Below the pieces are notes generated by a model. It saw only the letters and a program-made list of their open reading frames with translations. It did not search any database and was not told where the DNA came from. From Marsupella aquatica (lineage: Eukaryota > Plantae > Marchantiophyta), in contig OZ316891.1 in NCBI GenBank assembly GCA_973895155.1, positions 14,663,037-14,727,036 on the forward strand: DNA of 64,000 bases. Direction: 5' to 3'. Shown here piece by piece: positions 12,099 through 24,237 of this stretch. Within the stretch, counting starts at the first letter, position 1. Each line of letters begins with the position of its first letter. A program made the translations under genes and the position numbers.

Positions 12099-15000
12099 CT
12101 ACACGGAGACAGAGTAGGCTAGAAGAATCCAGCCCATGCTCCAGCCTATCATTAGGCCTGCACCTGCAAGACTCAATCCCAATGCAAATGCAATGCCCAA
12201 AGTGCACCCCATCACAATATCGTTTGAGTTCGATTCCCCAAGATCCACAGTATCCTTCTGATGCATCGCAGAGATATTGTGCTCCATTTGGCGCCGGGCA
12301 TAATCCTTGTCCAAAGCCTTCCAACTTCTGCTAGACATACGCCCCATTGTGGAGAAGGGGTCGACAAAACTGCGATGCAACCATGCTAATGATTCATTAG
12401 GTGCAAATTTTCTCAGCCACATGTTTTCAATTTGTAGGGAGGTCACCCAGTGCTGATAAGTGAGTGATTGAGAAGCTTCTCGAAAGAACAAGCGCACTAA
12501 TCTCTCCTGTTGCTCATGTGCTTGTTGGACTTTCTTTTCTGCCTCTCTTGCTCGAGTCTGAGAATGGCACAAAGCCTCACCCAACAATCCCGAATCCTTG
12601 TCTGCAGTAATGCTCGCGGCACCTCCTCCATTCCAACTTGTATTCCTATTGTCAGCACTGTAACCATAAGAATCAACGACAAATTATCACTCTTTGATCA
12701 AACAACGGAAACTGTAATCGATCTCCTTTCCATATCTCAAAGCAGTTCAGATCCTTCAACGGGTATTTCTATCTATCCCTCACCTTGAACAAATTACATT
12801 CTACTGTTACATTATATAAGCAAAAAAAACCATGGAACTATCTCTGCTTCCAGAAAGTCCCCACCTTGCAAGCATAGCCGCCTTAGACAAAGCTTCAAAT
12901 TTTAAGGACCTGACTACTTCATTGTGGAGGCCTTGGATTGAAATCTCGACATTCATTGTCCCACTAAAAGCAAAACAAGAAATTCTCCTCGCCTTGTGAG
13001 CTGATATCTCTCCAATTAATCGGCAAGAAACAATCTAGTAGCCGTGGTGGTATTAGGTACGATCCAAAACACGTCAATCAGTATTACTACAGAGACCGTA
13101 CGGCTGACCCATCAGAATCTAGAAGTGAAACACCTCACCTGAGGCTAAGAGATCCACGTCTGATAAGGGGACGAGCCACCATAGACGGAATACTTAGAGG
13201 TTGAGAAACTGTCTGAAAATGCACCGGTGGTGCTGCAGCATCTGAGCTTCCGGGAAGAATGGCAGATGAAGGCAGGCCTAAGTTTTCAAGCCGTGTAGGT
13301 TCATTTCCATGCAGTAATGCGGTAAGAAGATTTTTATCGAGTGAGCGGATCATATCTCCACCCTTTTCAAGAATGTCAAAACTAGACAAAGGCATCCGTG
13401 ACGACGGTTTTGCTGGTGAAGTCGAAAGTTCATGATTCTCCACAAGCTCAGCCTTCCCCGTACCCAGAAGAATAGAACCGTCCTTGTCTGTCGTCCGCCA
13501 TAAAAGACTCTTTTTCATTGATGACCTTAAATTCAAACCCTGATGCTCGGTACTCCCTTGACAGACAACCTCCTGCCTCGATGTCTTACTGTGCTGCTTA
13601 TCTTCGCTTACGCATTCGATTGGTGACATTACCTGTTTACTACTTTTCGTCATTATCTCTTTGTTACTTTTCGTCATTATCTCTTTAGTGCCCTTCGTCA
13701 CTACTTCTTTACAAGGTTTGCTACTTTTCGTCACTATCTCCGATGAGCCAATGTCGCCAGAGTTCACCACCTTTATGCTGCCCGGCTTATCCTGGTCAGT
13801 ACTGCTCTCGATAGCTTCCTTAAATGTGACATCCTCATCTTCCTCGCAGATCCTACCGTCAGAGATGGGAGTTTCGAGTCCAGCCTTAGACTTAGGATCA
13901 ACGATGAATTGCCACTCAAGCTCAAGCTCAGCTGCAGAGCTGTACTCAGACACAGAACCCATCGGCCCTGCATTGGTTTTCAAGGTGAAACTACTATCTG
14001 CAGTGAGAGCCTGAAGACCTGTTGGCTTTGAGAACCGACTATTCAGGCCTTCATCAAGGCCACCCAGCTTGGAACGATAATCTCTGTTGGTGCCGGAAGT
14101 CGACTGCCACTGTGAATCCACTTTGGGGTCGGGAGAGAAGCGAACATCTACGGGGCCCCAGCTGTTATTCCAATAATAAGAATGCGCCACAGGGTAGCAG
14201 GCATCTGCCTGAGACTTTGATACAATATGTGGTAGAGGACAATGCGTAAGCTTTGGGGAACGGCTCACATCCTCCTGCGCAATATGGCGACTAGCTGAAG
14301 TTCTTTGCCACATCCCGCCTGCTTCTGTAGCACCCACACTACTTCCAAGCTCCCTGCAATCCCGTGCACAGAACGATGTACAAAGTAAGAATGTGCTGAT
14401 GTCATATTTCCAGCACTGCACGAAACTTCAGATCACTAGGTAGTCTTGTCTGAAGAAGGAATAGCTCCAACTTGATGAGGACTCCAAGGGTCGACGCTGG
14501 GATTTGAGACAAGTCCTACATGAAGAAAACTACACATGCGGCTGATACGGGAAAATAAATTCCACAACAGATAGCAAACCTTGCCACAAGGAAACACTAC
14601 CAAGTCATGTATCATCTCATTGGCTCTTCGAGCTAGTCAGCCGTTCATCACTTTCTTAAGGTGTTTGCACAGATCCGAATTGCGTTGCGAATACGCTTAG
14701 AGTGCGCAGAAAGGTTGTCTGAATTCTTGTCCGCTAAAGGCGCTAGCCGATAGGGCATGGCAAAATAGCTTTCGAGGAATGTCCGTAATTGATTGAAATG
14801 TAGATTGTACGTCTGAAACCTCGTTTATAAAAGGCAACCCCTGACTTGCTTGCAGTCAAAAGTGATCTACAAGATTTAGAGAAGAAACGAACACCAAATG
14901 CACCGAGAGACCTCAAGAAGGGCCGAAATTGACAAGACGTGCACACGAAGGGAGGAATAGACGGAAGGAACACGATTCCACTTGTTGTATCGTCCAGTAA

Positions 15001-15740
15001 GAATCGGGTGAGAAGATACCACTGAACTAATAGAGCAAAACAGATATGGTACAAAATTACGGCACGACTCAGAAGGTAGTTTGAAGGCGCATATGCTAAC
15101 GGACTAAGGGCGGGCAGATTACGAAACCAAAAAACACTTCATCTAGAACAAGCTCTGACAAGCTGGATTGCAAACACAAAACGCTGTCAACCGGCTCCAG
15201 TCTGGCAAACAAGAATTAACGATGTAACCTTATGTGTTGGTTCTTGAACTCCTCGCTAGATGGCAGCGCAAACAAAATGACCAAACCCGGGACGTAGGGC
15301 TCAGATTTTAGGTGAAAGGAATTGAGTGAAGACAAATAGCTTTAACTAAATCAGATTCTCTCACGCTGGGACGGCATTGTAAAGCGTCACAGCACAGGCT
15401 CCTTGGGGAACTCAAAAGATGAATTGACGAAAGTATCTTCTACTTACTTGGCTTGCAAGACCGAATGCCCAGCAAACTGATTAGCAGTGACCGCAGAAAG
15501 TCCAGCTCCTACGTATGCAAGGACAGCACGCGCAAAACGAACAATTCCAGCCCCTCCCGGCAGAGCTTTCTCAGAATTGAAAATCTGCGGATGGACCTTC
15601 AATGCCAAAAGCGCAGATTGCTCGGATGCAGAGTAGATCCTGGTCGTGGATACTCTTGAACGTAGCCCGGTATGAGTTCCTCCTATGCTAGGCCTCACGG
15701 CAGGAAGAAACCGCAAGGCCGCCCTCAAAGAATCCACCAT
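12099..15740 (-). CDS. Conserved uncharacterised plant protein with C-terminal transmembrane segment (AT1G01240/AT2G46550-like)
   Basis: Exons 15740-15448, 14353-13139 and 12657-12099 splice in frame (2067 nt). Motifs WQRTSASRHIAQEDVSRSPKL and LGEALCHSQTRAREAEK...LFFREASQ...LQIEN, plus C-terminal AFALGLSLAGAGLMIGWSMGW, resemble this family. The first exon and start codon are less certain. Confidence 0.8.
13628..13740 (-). repeat. Coding tandem repeat, ~24-nt unit (KEIMTKSS-like)
   Basis: Translation EIVTKSSK PCKEVVTKGT KEIMTKSN KEIMTKSS KQVM. Confidence 0.7.
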
Positions 15741-16529
15741 GCCGGACCTTCTTTGCAAGCCAGCATAGATGCTGCCTTTGTTGTAAAATTCTGCTTCAAG
15801 TGTGGCAGACCACCCCGTTTTCCTCCTACCCGGTCCTTTTCTCCGCAATTTATCAAGCAAAACTCACAAAAAGATTCGAAAGGACTGCGTCATGCTTCTT
15901 TTTCCGTCACACGCGTTCTCCTCAACCCAACACCCCCTCAAGTTTTCCCTTCTCCACTAACATGTCCGTCCTCCAACCACCCACGAACCATATCCGCTTC
16001 TTCCTCGCGCAAACCACAATTGAACGGGACAATAAAAAAAACCGTCTCACCCCACAAAACTCGCGCTCACCATCCTCTCTCCACCACGCCCCCGCGCATT
16101 TCTACCGCTCCCGAAGCAGCAGCACTCGCGCCTTCCGGCCAGCAATCTCCACCCAGGTCCCAGGGTTTCATCCGCGACGGAATCAGAGCCCCAATTCTGC
16201 CTGCCACCTTCAAGATTTCCAACTCCCGACTCAAGCATCACAGACACACACAGGTTGCGTCAACTTCCAACCGATTCCATTCTTTCCCACAAACCTTCCC
16301 GCGCCACTCTCGCACGCAATTACGAACTTGTGACTTGCATTGCACACTAACAGAAGCAAGCTTGCCAAGGTCACCACGAGCTCATCGCCCTTCCTCCATC
16401 CCTCTCGCCCCTTCCTCCTTTCCTCGTGCTCCGTTGGGCCAAAGGAACACAACACTGCGCTCGAAGCCGTCTGCGTGCTTTGCCGTGTTCTTTGTGTTCC
16501 CTTCTTGCCGGATCGGACTGTACAAACAA

Positions 16530-16746
16530 ACGTACGTCGCTGTATCTCAGGGCGGCATCTGACCGTTCATCCTCCTAAATGGAGACCGGTATAGTACCAC
16601 TGTACAGTCATGATCTATCCATCCAGTGCTCTGATCTGCGTCGCAAGGGGACGTAAGTCGCTATATCTCAGGGCGGCATCTGACCGTTCATCCTCCGAAA
16701 TGGAGACCGGTATAGTACCACTCTACAGTCATGATCTATCCATCCA
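16530..16746. repeat. Near-perfect 96-bp direct repeat, period 121 bp
   Basis: ACGTAxGTCGCTxTATCTCAGGGCGGCATCTGACCGTTCATCCTCC...GATCTATCCATCCA at 16530-16625 and 16651-16746, with few mismatches. Confidence 0.9.
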
Positions 16747-17390
16747 TCGCGCTGAATGGAGTAATAATGAAGGGTGTCGCACAGGGTCGGTTTTGAGGCT
16801 TTTCTTAATTGATGCGCCGGGGTTGGCGAATGCTGCCTTGTGTCCAGGGGGGACGCTAGGAATATTCGTTGTGATTTAATTTATGGCATTAACTTTGGAC
16901 CATTAGATTTCCCTGAATTTAAGGAGAGCCATCAGATTCTGGCCAACAGGCTCTCTGTGCGTACTTCTAAGAATTGGGCAGGACCCAAAAACTCTACAAT
17001 AGTGATGATGGATTCTGGCTGAGGCCCAATATAAGAAAACACTGATTTCCAACACTTGCCCAACCCTTGCCCAACTTTTGCTCAGACCAAACACTTCTTA
17101 ACAGGCCGTGTCAAACTTTTGCAAACTTAGTAGTAAGGGGTGTCAAACCTTTGCTAAGACCAAACCTTCAAGGACCCCCCTTGATGGTAACTGCTCTCTT
17201 CCCTTGCCAATCAGGAGAGATCTTGGGAGGAAATAGAGGGTTTTCTGGCATGAAGGATCAAAATGGACAGTGGCTAGTGTCTGCATTACGTTTACGCAAT
17301 TTCACTAAATGAAATTTAGTAATGTTTGCAAGGTCAGCACTCCTTTTTCTAAATGTATGTGCAATACTTAATAAGTACAAACCTGAATGA

Positions 17391-17498
17391 TGTTAGACTC
17401 TACCTTGACCGGAGGACCGGATCAGCCGGTCATCCCGGCACCACCATATGTACCCTTACCCAGACTATACAGAGATCGATATTCATTCTCATCAAACA
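17391..17498 (+). repeat. 5' LTR (108 bp)
   Basis: Identical to 24130-24237 on base-by-base reading; contains the hairpin GACCGG-ATCAG-CCGGTC. Confidence 0.95.
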
Positions 17499-17512
17499 CG
17501 TTATCAGCACGA
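17499..17512 (+). other. Primer binding site CGTTATCAGCACGA, complementary to the anticodon arm of tRNA-Ile (half-tRNA primer)
   Basis: Directly abuts the 5' LTR. Its reverse complement TCGTGCTGATAACG matches plant tRNA-Ile(AAU) TCGTGCTAATAACG except at wobble position 34 (tRNA sequence recalled from memory). Confidence 0.8.
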
Positions 17513-19105
17513 GGACTTACCAGCGGAGCCAAGAAAGAAAGGAGAAGACCATGGAACATTGAAATTTTTTAAAAGGTTGAATGGGGGATCGAGAGGACGA
17601 CCTCAGAAAAGGAGTAATTTAGAGGTGGAGACCACGACCGAATCAGAGTAGGGTAGACATAGGATCACCCAGCCCATAAGGACACCGATTAGGAAACATA
17701 GAGGATTCAAATGTCACTTATAGGCGAAGGAGACAAGCCCACGAACGACGAGGCCCGATCACTATAGCGCAGACCGAGACATCGATTAAGGAGAGAGCGC
17801 TTCGGGGAACCTTGAGGCCGACACTTTGAGGCGAAGCGCTTAAGAGAGAGACTCGAACTCGTAAGGACAATATAGCAGAACAACGAAGAAGCGAAGAAAC
17901 TTGAGAGGAGCCCTTACGATCGAGGATAAGACACCGACGCATCAGAGAGGCTGGCCGACAGAAAGCTCCAGAAGAGAACCGAGAAGAAAATGACTAGAAA
18001 TCGCAAAGAAACTTACGAAGGAAGGAGTAAGAATCCTTGACTTGGGCCAAGCAAACAAAAACGAATAGGATCAAAGACCTGTAAGAGCCGAAAACGGAAG
18101 AGACAGGCAAACAACAGACGCGAAGCAAAAGGCTTCAAATTCGAACAGCGAAGCAGCAGATGACTTGCGAAGTAGCAGATAACTTGGCCGAATGTTTCTC
18201 CGAACGTTTTGCAGAGGTTAGGAGGAGCGAGTGATTCCGAACGTGGCTGATACAGACAAGAGCCATTTTGAAAATCGAAGGAGAAAAGAAAGCAAAGCGA
18301 AAGAGTTCGAAGCTGAAACAAACGTGAGAGCGCCTCCACAAATGGTACCACACAGATGGAAGGCAGGAAGGAGACAGCGAAGACACCAAGCCCAGGAAGC
18401 GAAAGGAATGCGAAGTAATGAGAGAGAGAAGCTACGTCCCATGATATCCCTGAAAGCCATTGAGTGGACCTAAGCATTGATAAGGACAGCGGAAGGAGCA
18501 ACCCACAGCGAGGGATTGTCCATCATAAGGCAACAAAAGCCCGAAAGCAAGAAGCGAAAATAGATCAAAGGAAAGAGAAATTCTTTAGAGTCTCAATCCA
18601 TCAAGCACTTCAAATTCTCGAGGTGCAAGGGGAGCATCGATCAGGCGCAAGAACAGCCCAAAACATCGAGGGAATGTCGAGCCAGCACAAAAACCGCTAA
18701 GTGCACGCCACATAACTGCAATATAACCGCAAAACCTCCATACGTGCATTCCGTAACAAAGGAAATTTACTTTACAAAACTTCATATGCACCTAACCAAT
18801 GCACGAGTAAAGCATCACCCATAACTGCAACCCTAAGTGCACAACTGGATAACTGCACAGTTTAACAAAGAAAAAGATAATACAAAGGAATCCTTGTAGT
18901 TATACATTTACACAAAAAACCAACTTAATAAGTGCAAAACCTAAATTCTGCAAAAACCCAAATATTTTTGCTTTACTCGCCTAAGACTCAGATTGCTCTC
19001 CTCAACACTTTCTCCACCATTGCATGCGGCAAATGTGCATTGTCTTGTGACTATATATATTATATATAAACACGCACACCACCGCTGCACGCCAGGACCC
19101 TAGAG

Positions 19106-22100
19106 ATGACCAACCTTGAGAAACTCAACTTCCCCGCCCTGGAAATAGATGGCGGCAACTACCTAGAATGGTCCATGAACCTAAAAGAAAACCTAACCTC
19201 ACTAACCCTACTCCCTGCGATAGGGCTCGCTCAACCTATCCTTGTCGGCGAACCACAACCAGACCCATTGACTAAAGCCAACGAATCTAAAGCTCTAGTA
19301 TTCCTGAGACGCCATATCCATAGATTCCTCTAGAGACAATACATGCACCTTTCGACCCCTCGGGAACTATGGACAGCGCTACAGACCCAATTCGACCACC
19401 AAAAACTGGTCGAATTACCTAGAGCCAGGCAAGACTGGCTAAACCTGCAAGTCCAGGACTTTACCTCGATATCAGCCTACAATAGTGAACTCTTTAGAAT
19501 AACCTCAACCCTCGCACTATGTGGCGAGCCAGTTACGGACAAGGATCTGCTAGAGAAGACCTTGTCGACATTTCATTCATCGAATGTGTGGCTATCAACA
19601 TAGTATCGAAACATGAAGTTCGGGCAATACTCCGAGCTCATAGCCCACCTCCTAGTTACCGAAAGAAACCAAGAGCTCCTTTTGGTAAACTCAAGAAAAC
19701 GCCCTACAGGCACATTGCCCTCAGGACAAGAGAATGAAACCCACAACATAGAAAATGCTGAACCCTCCACATCGAGGCAAAGCACTAAACGCACTAAGAA
19801 TAGCAACCGTAGAAACACCCACAACAGGGGGAGTTTCTATAACCAACGTCCACAATATAACTCCCAACGAACCTCTCGAGGACGCGGAGGACGAGATGGA
19901 CGAGGAGGACGAGGAGGACGAGGCGGACGAGGCGGACGTGGCGGACGTGGTGGACGCGGAGGACGCGGTGGTGGTAGACCATATAACAACAACCGTAGGA
20001 ATGATCGGTCACAATCCCGACAACAACGGGAACGACCAAAATGCCATGAATGTGGCATGACAAACCACCTCGCGAGAAACTGTAGAATCCCGCAACACCT
20101 TAGAGATTTATATCAACGGTCCATCCAGGATGGACAAACCTCAAGGCCACCACACCGTGAAACCCACGGGGCATTTATGGAGTCTAGTGACCCATTCCAA
20201 GACTTCTCAGACCTACCCGCCCAACCCGAGGCACACTTAGTGGCCAGTAGCTCCACTACACCAGACTTAAATAGTCTAAGCACATGTATCATTGACAGTG
20301 CCACGACACATACTATCCTCCGGGATAAACACCTTTTTCACATGATTACACCATCACGTAGGTCCCTGACCACTATAAATGGTCCTAGTCAAATAGAAGA
20401 GGGCTTCGGCCCAGCTTCTATTAGACTCCCGCAGGGTACCGAAATACACATAGAATCTGCCATTTTTGCCCCAAACGCAACTCGTAATCTCCTCAGCTTT
20501 AGAGATATACGAGCAAATGGGCTACATGTCCAAACTGGCGATACCAGAGACCAAGAGGTCATTCACTTGGTTGAAAATACCCCTACGGGGAAAATAATTA
20601 AAGAGACACTTTTCTCGTATCCTTGCGGGTTTTATGTAACTCATATTGAATGTCAGCATAACAATGCCAACACAAGCGAATTGCATGCGCTATGGCATGC
20701 ACGCCTCGGCCACCCTGGCCAATCAATGCTAACAAAAATCATTAAGAATTCAAGTGGCATTCCAATCAATACACGCCACATCCCAGTGAGCACCCCATGC
20801 ACTGCATGCTCACGCGGCAAGTTAATAACAAGGCCCACGGCATCAAAATTGCCAACTAAAATACCCCAATTTTTGGAAATCATCCATGCAGATGTTTGCG
20901 GGCCAATTAACCCACCAAGCGGATCTTTCTGCTACTTTATGGTTTTAATTGACGCATCAACTAAATGGTCAAATGTGACACTGCTTTCAACGAGGAACAT
21001 GGTTATACCTCGTATTTTGGCACAAATCCTGCGCGTAAAAGCACAATTCCCCGATCACCCCATTAAGACACTAAGGGTAGACAATGCAGGGGAATTCACA
21101 TCCGAAACATTTGATGATTTTTGCACATCACTTGGCATAGACGTACAATATCCTGTACCTCACGTGTATTTTCAAAATGGATTAGCTGAAGCGGTCATTA
21201 AACGCCTTCAGTTAATTGCACGCCCATTACTAATGCAGTCAAAACTCCCCGTCTCAGCATGGGGACACGCCATATTATAGGCAAATGCATTAATCCAATA
21301 TCGCCCATCGGCTTTTAATACCTATAGCCCATACCAAATAGCTAACGGTATTAAACCTAATCTATCATATCTTCGTTCATTTGGATGTCAAGTAATGGTC
21401 CCCATTACTCCACCCAAACGAACCAAGATGGGACCCCAACGACAGTTGGGGATATACATCGGATTCGACTCATCGTCCATAATCTGATACATGGAGCCCA
21501 CAACTGGCGATGTTTTTAAAGCCAGATTTCTAGATTGTCATTTTGACGAACACATTTACCCACCATTAATAACCCCTAAACACCCACAACCACCTTTGGA
21601 GTGGGAACGACACTCGCCATTTGGCAAGACCTTAGAACGAATCAAGGGGAGAAAGAAGTTCAAAGAATTTTACAACTCCACAAGATTGTGGAAGAACTTC
21701 CCGACGCTTTCGTCGATACATCCCAAATTAGCCGCTCACATATTCCAGCTGCGAGAGCATCTGCTTGCATCGAATTATCAAGTGAGCCAGCAAGTACATC
21801 CCAACCTCGTGCCAAACGAGGCAGACCTTTGGGATCAAAAGATCAACAACCAAGAAGGCGTGGTTCATCTATACCACCTTCACCTGATGTCGATCATACC
21901 GAACCTACATCTCATGAAGAGATCTCTATCCACTACGCACACATAGGTGCAATGTGGGATAGAAATACTACTTCAATAGATGATGTTTTTGCATTAATGG
22001 TGGCAACACATATCACTGACGATACACCCGAACCAATATCTATCTTAGAATGCCAAAACAGACCAGATTGGCCTGAATGGCAAAAAGCTATAAATGGAGA

Positions 22101-23789
22101 ATTAGATTCCCTACTCAGCAGACACACTTTTGGCCCAGTCGAGCCAACACCACAAGACGTACACCTAATTGGCTACAAATGGACATTTGTCCGCAAAAGA
22201 AATGATAAAGGCCAAGTTGTACGCTATAAAGCACGTCTGGTAGGGAAATGATTTACCCAACAACCGGGAATTCATTACGATGAAACCTACTCACCGGTTA
22301 TGGATAGCACAACATTCCGATACCTTATCGGATTTGCCATTTTCCATCAACTACAGATGCGACAACTAGATGTTGCAACTGCATATTTATATGACACTTT
22401 AGACACTTGTCTATACATGCGATCACCTCCTGAGTTGGAGCAACGACGCCGAGCTTTAGCTCAAGGTGCTAAATCGCATATCCCATATTTACATAAGATT
22501 ATAACACAATTATCTCAAGTTACACCTCATGTGTCATCTACACATGTAACTCATAATAACGACACCGTTGTGTCAACCATACGGAATACTCGCCGCGGAC
22601 TAGCTATCCGCGTGTTGAAGGCATTATATGGCCTGAAACAAAGTGGCAGAGTATGGTATCAACGATTTACTGATGAAATGATTGCCATGGGTTTTTCCCA
22701 TGATGCCATTACACCATGTTTATTTATTAAACATGTGGATGATGAATATGTCATCGTTTCTATTTATGTTGATGACTTAAATATATTTGGGACACCCCAA
22801 TTGACAGAAAATACTATTACTAGTCTTAAATCAACATTTGAGATGAAAGACCTTGGACATACAAACTTTTGCTTAGGATTACAATTGGAGATCTTACCTA
22901 CTGGTATGATACTCCATCAAACTACACAAACTGAAAAGATCCTAAAACAGTTCAACATGAACCTAGCACACCCATTGACGTCACCAATGGTTGTACGTTC
23001 ATTAGAAAACACTACTGATGTTTTTCGCAAGCGCGAAGAACATGAACCTATATTAGGACCAGAAACCCCATATCTTTCTGCAATAGGAGCATTAATGTAC
23101 CTAGCAAATCAGACTAGGCCAGACATTGCATTTGTCGTTAATTTACTAGCCAGACATAGTGCAACTCCCACAGCCAGACACTGGAACGGAGTTAAGCACG
23201 TATTTAGATATCTACGTGGAACCATCGATACTGGGTTATTCTACCCATTCGGTGCAAACCACGAGCTCATAGGATACGCGGATGCCGGATATCTCTCCGA
23301 CACTGATACCGCAAAATCCCAAACTGGATATGTTTTTACCATAGGGGGTACTGCTTTTTCTTGGAAAAGCGTGAAACAAACCCTAACAGCAACCTCATCG
23401 AATCACTCAAAAATATTAGCTCTACATGAGGCTAGTCGTGAAGCCATTTGGTTACGATCATTTATAAACCACATCAACATCAAATGCGGCCTACCACCAC
23501 TAACGAAGCCTATTAACATTTTGAGGATAACGCAGCATGTATACAGCAGATCACAAAAGGCTTCATCAAAGGCGATCGCGTGAAACACATAGCTCCAAAG
23601 TTTTTCTACACCCACGAGTTACATGGAAAAGAGATCAACATTTTGCAGATTTCAAGTGCAGACAACTGCGCGGATCTCTTCACCAAATCACTACCGCCAT
23701 CAGTCCATCACCGACACTGCCAGGCGATTGGACTACGGAGCGTACGACGCATGATGACCATGGAGGCTGCTGCTCCACACGATACTTGA
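19106..23789 (+). pseudogene. Disabled gag-pol polyprotein of the copia element
   Basis: Zinc knuckle CHECGMTNHLARNC, protease IIDSATTHT, integrase WHARLGHP...CTAC and DDE region, RT YVDD, RNase H YADAGY. In-frame stops at 19331, 19601, 21278, 21485 and 22249; frameshifts near 21605 and 23520. Confidence 0.93.
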
Positions 23790-24129
23790 TGATGTTGACG
23801 ACATGATGCTGATGATATGCTGACGACATGATACTGACAACCCATTGTTGAGACAGATGTTAAACTTAGTTTTACTATAACATCTAACTTTAACTTTATA
23901 TTGACATTTATTACGACGAGGACTGTTAGGCTGCACTCTTTTTCCTTTAGCACTCATATTTTTTTCTCTGCTACACTGGTAGAGTTTTTACTAAGCTAGA
24001 GTTGATAAAGGTTTTTTAACGAGGCAGTCTACCTCGATTGTACTTATATCATGTACCCCTATGAACATGATATAATTTAGGTATAGTCTATGTTGTCTAT
24101 ATAGTTGTCACTATATATCCAAAGGGGAG

Positions 24130-24237
24130 TGTTAGACTCTACCTTGACCGGAGGACCGGATCAGCCGGTCATCCCGGCACCACCATATGTACCCTTACCC
24201 AGACTATACAGAGATCGATATTCATTCTCATCAAACA
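24130..24237 (+). repeat. 3' LTR (108 bp)
   Basis: Preceded by the polypurine tract, followed by TSD AATGA; identical to the 5' LTR. Confidence 0.95.

Larger units (their letters stand above)
17391..24237 (+). mobile_element. Full-length Ty1/copia LTR retrotransposon, Bianca-like lineage
   Basis: TG...CA LTRs at 17391-17498 and 24130-24237; TSD AATGA at 17386-17390 and 24238-24242; PBS at 17499-17512; PPT AAAGGGGAG at 24121-24129. Domain order is gag-PR-INT-RT-RH. Bianca-like motifs: MTNLEKLNFPALEIDGGNYL, PPKRTKMGPQRQLGIY, AHPLTSPMVVRSL, LGPETPYLSAIGALMYLAN. Confidence 0.96.

Noticed and set aside
15672-16562. 296-aa and 177-aa plus-strand ORFs
   Set aside because: Antisense to the GA-rich leader and first exon of the minus-strand gene; low-complexity Pro/Ser/Arg composition typical of spurious ORFs.
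17711-18700. Possible decayed extra ORF (ATG 17711) in the retrotransposon leader
   Set aside because: About 13 stops in 330 codons is close to random expectation; it cannot be supported without a family consensus.
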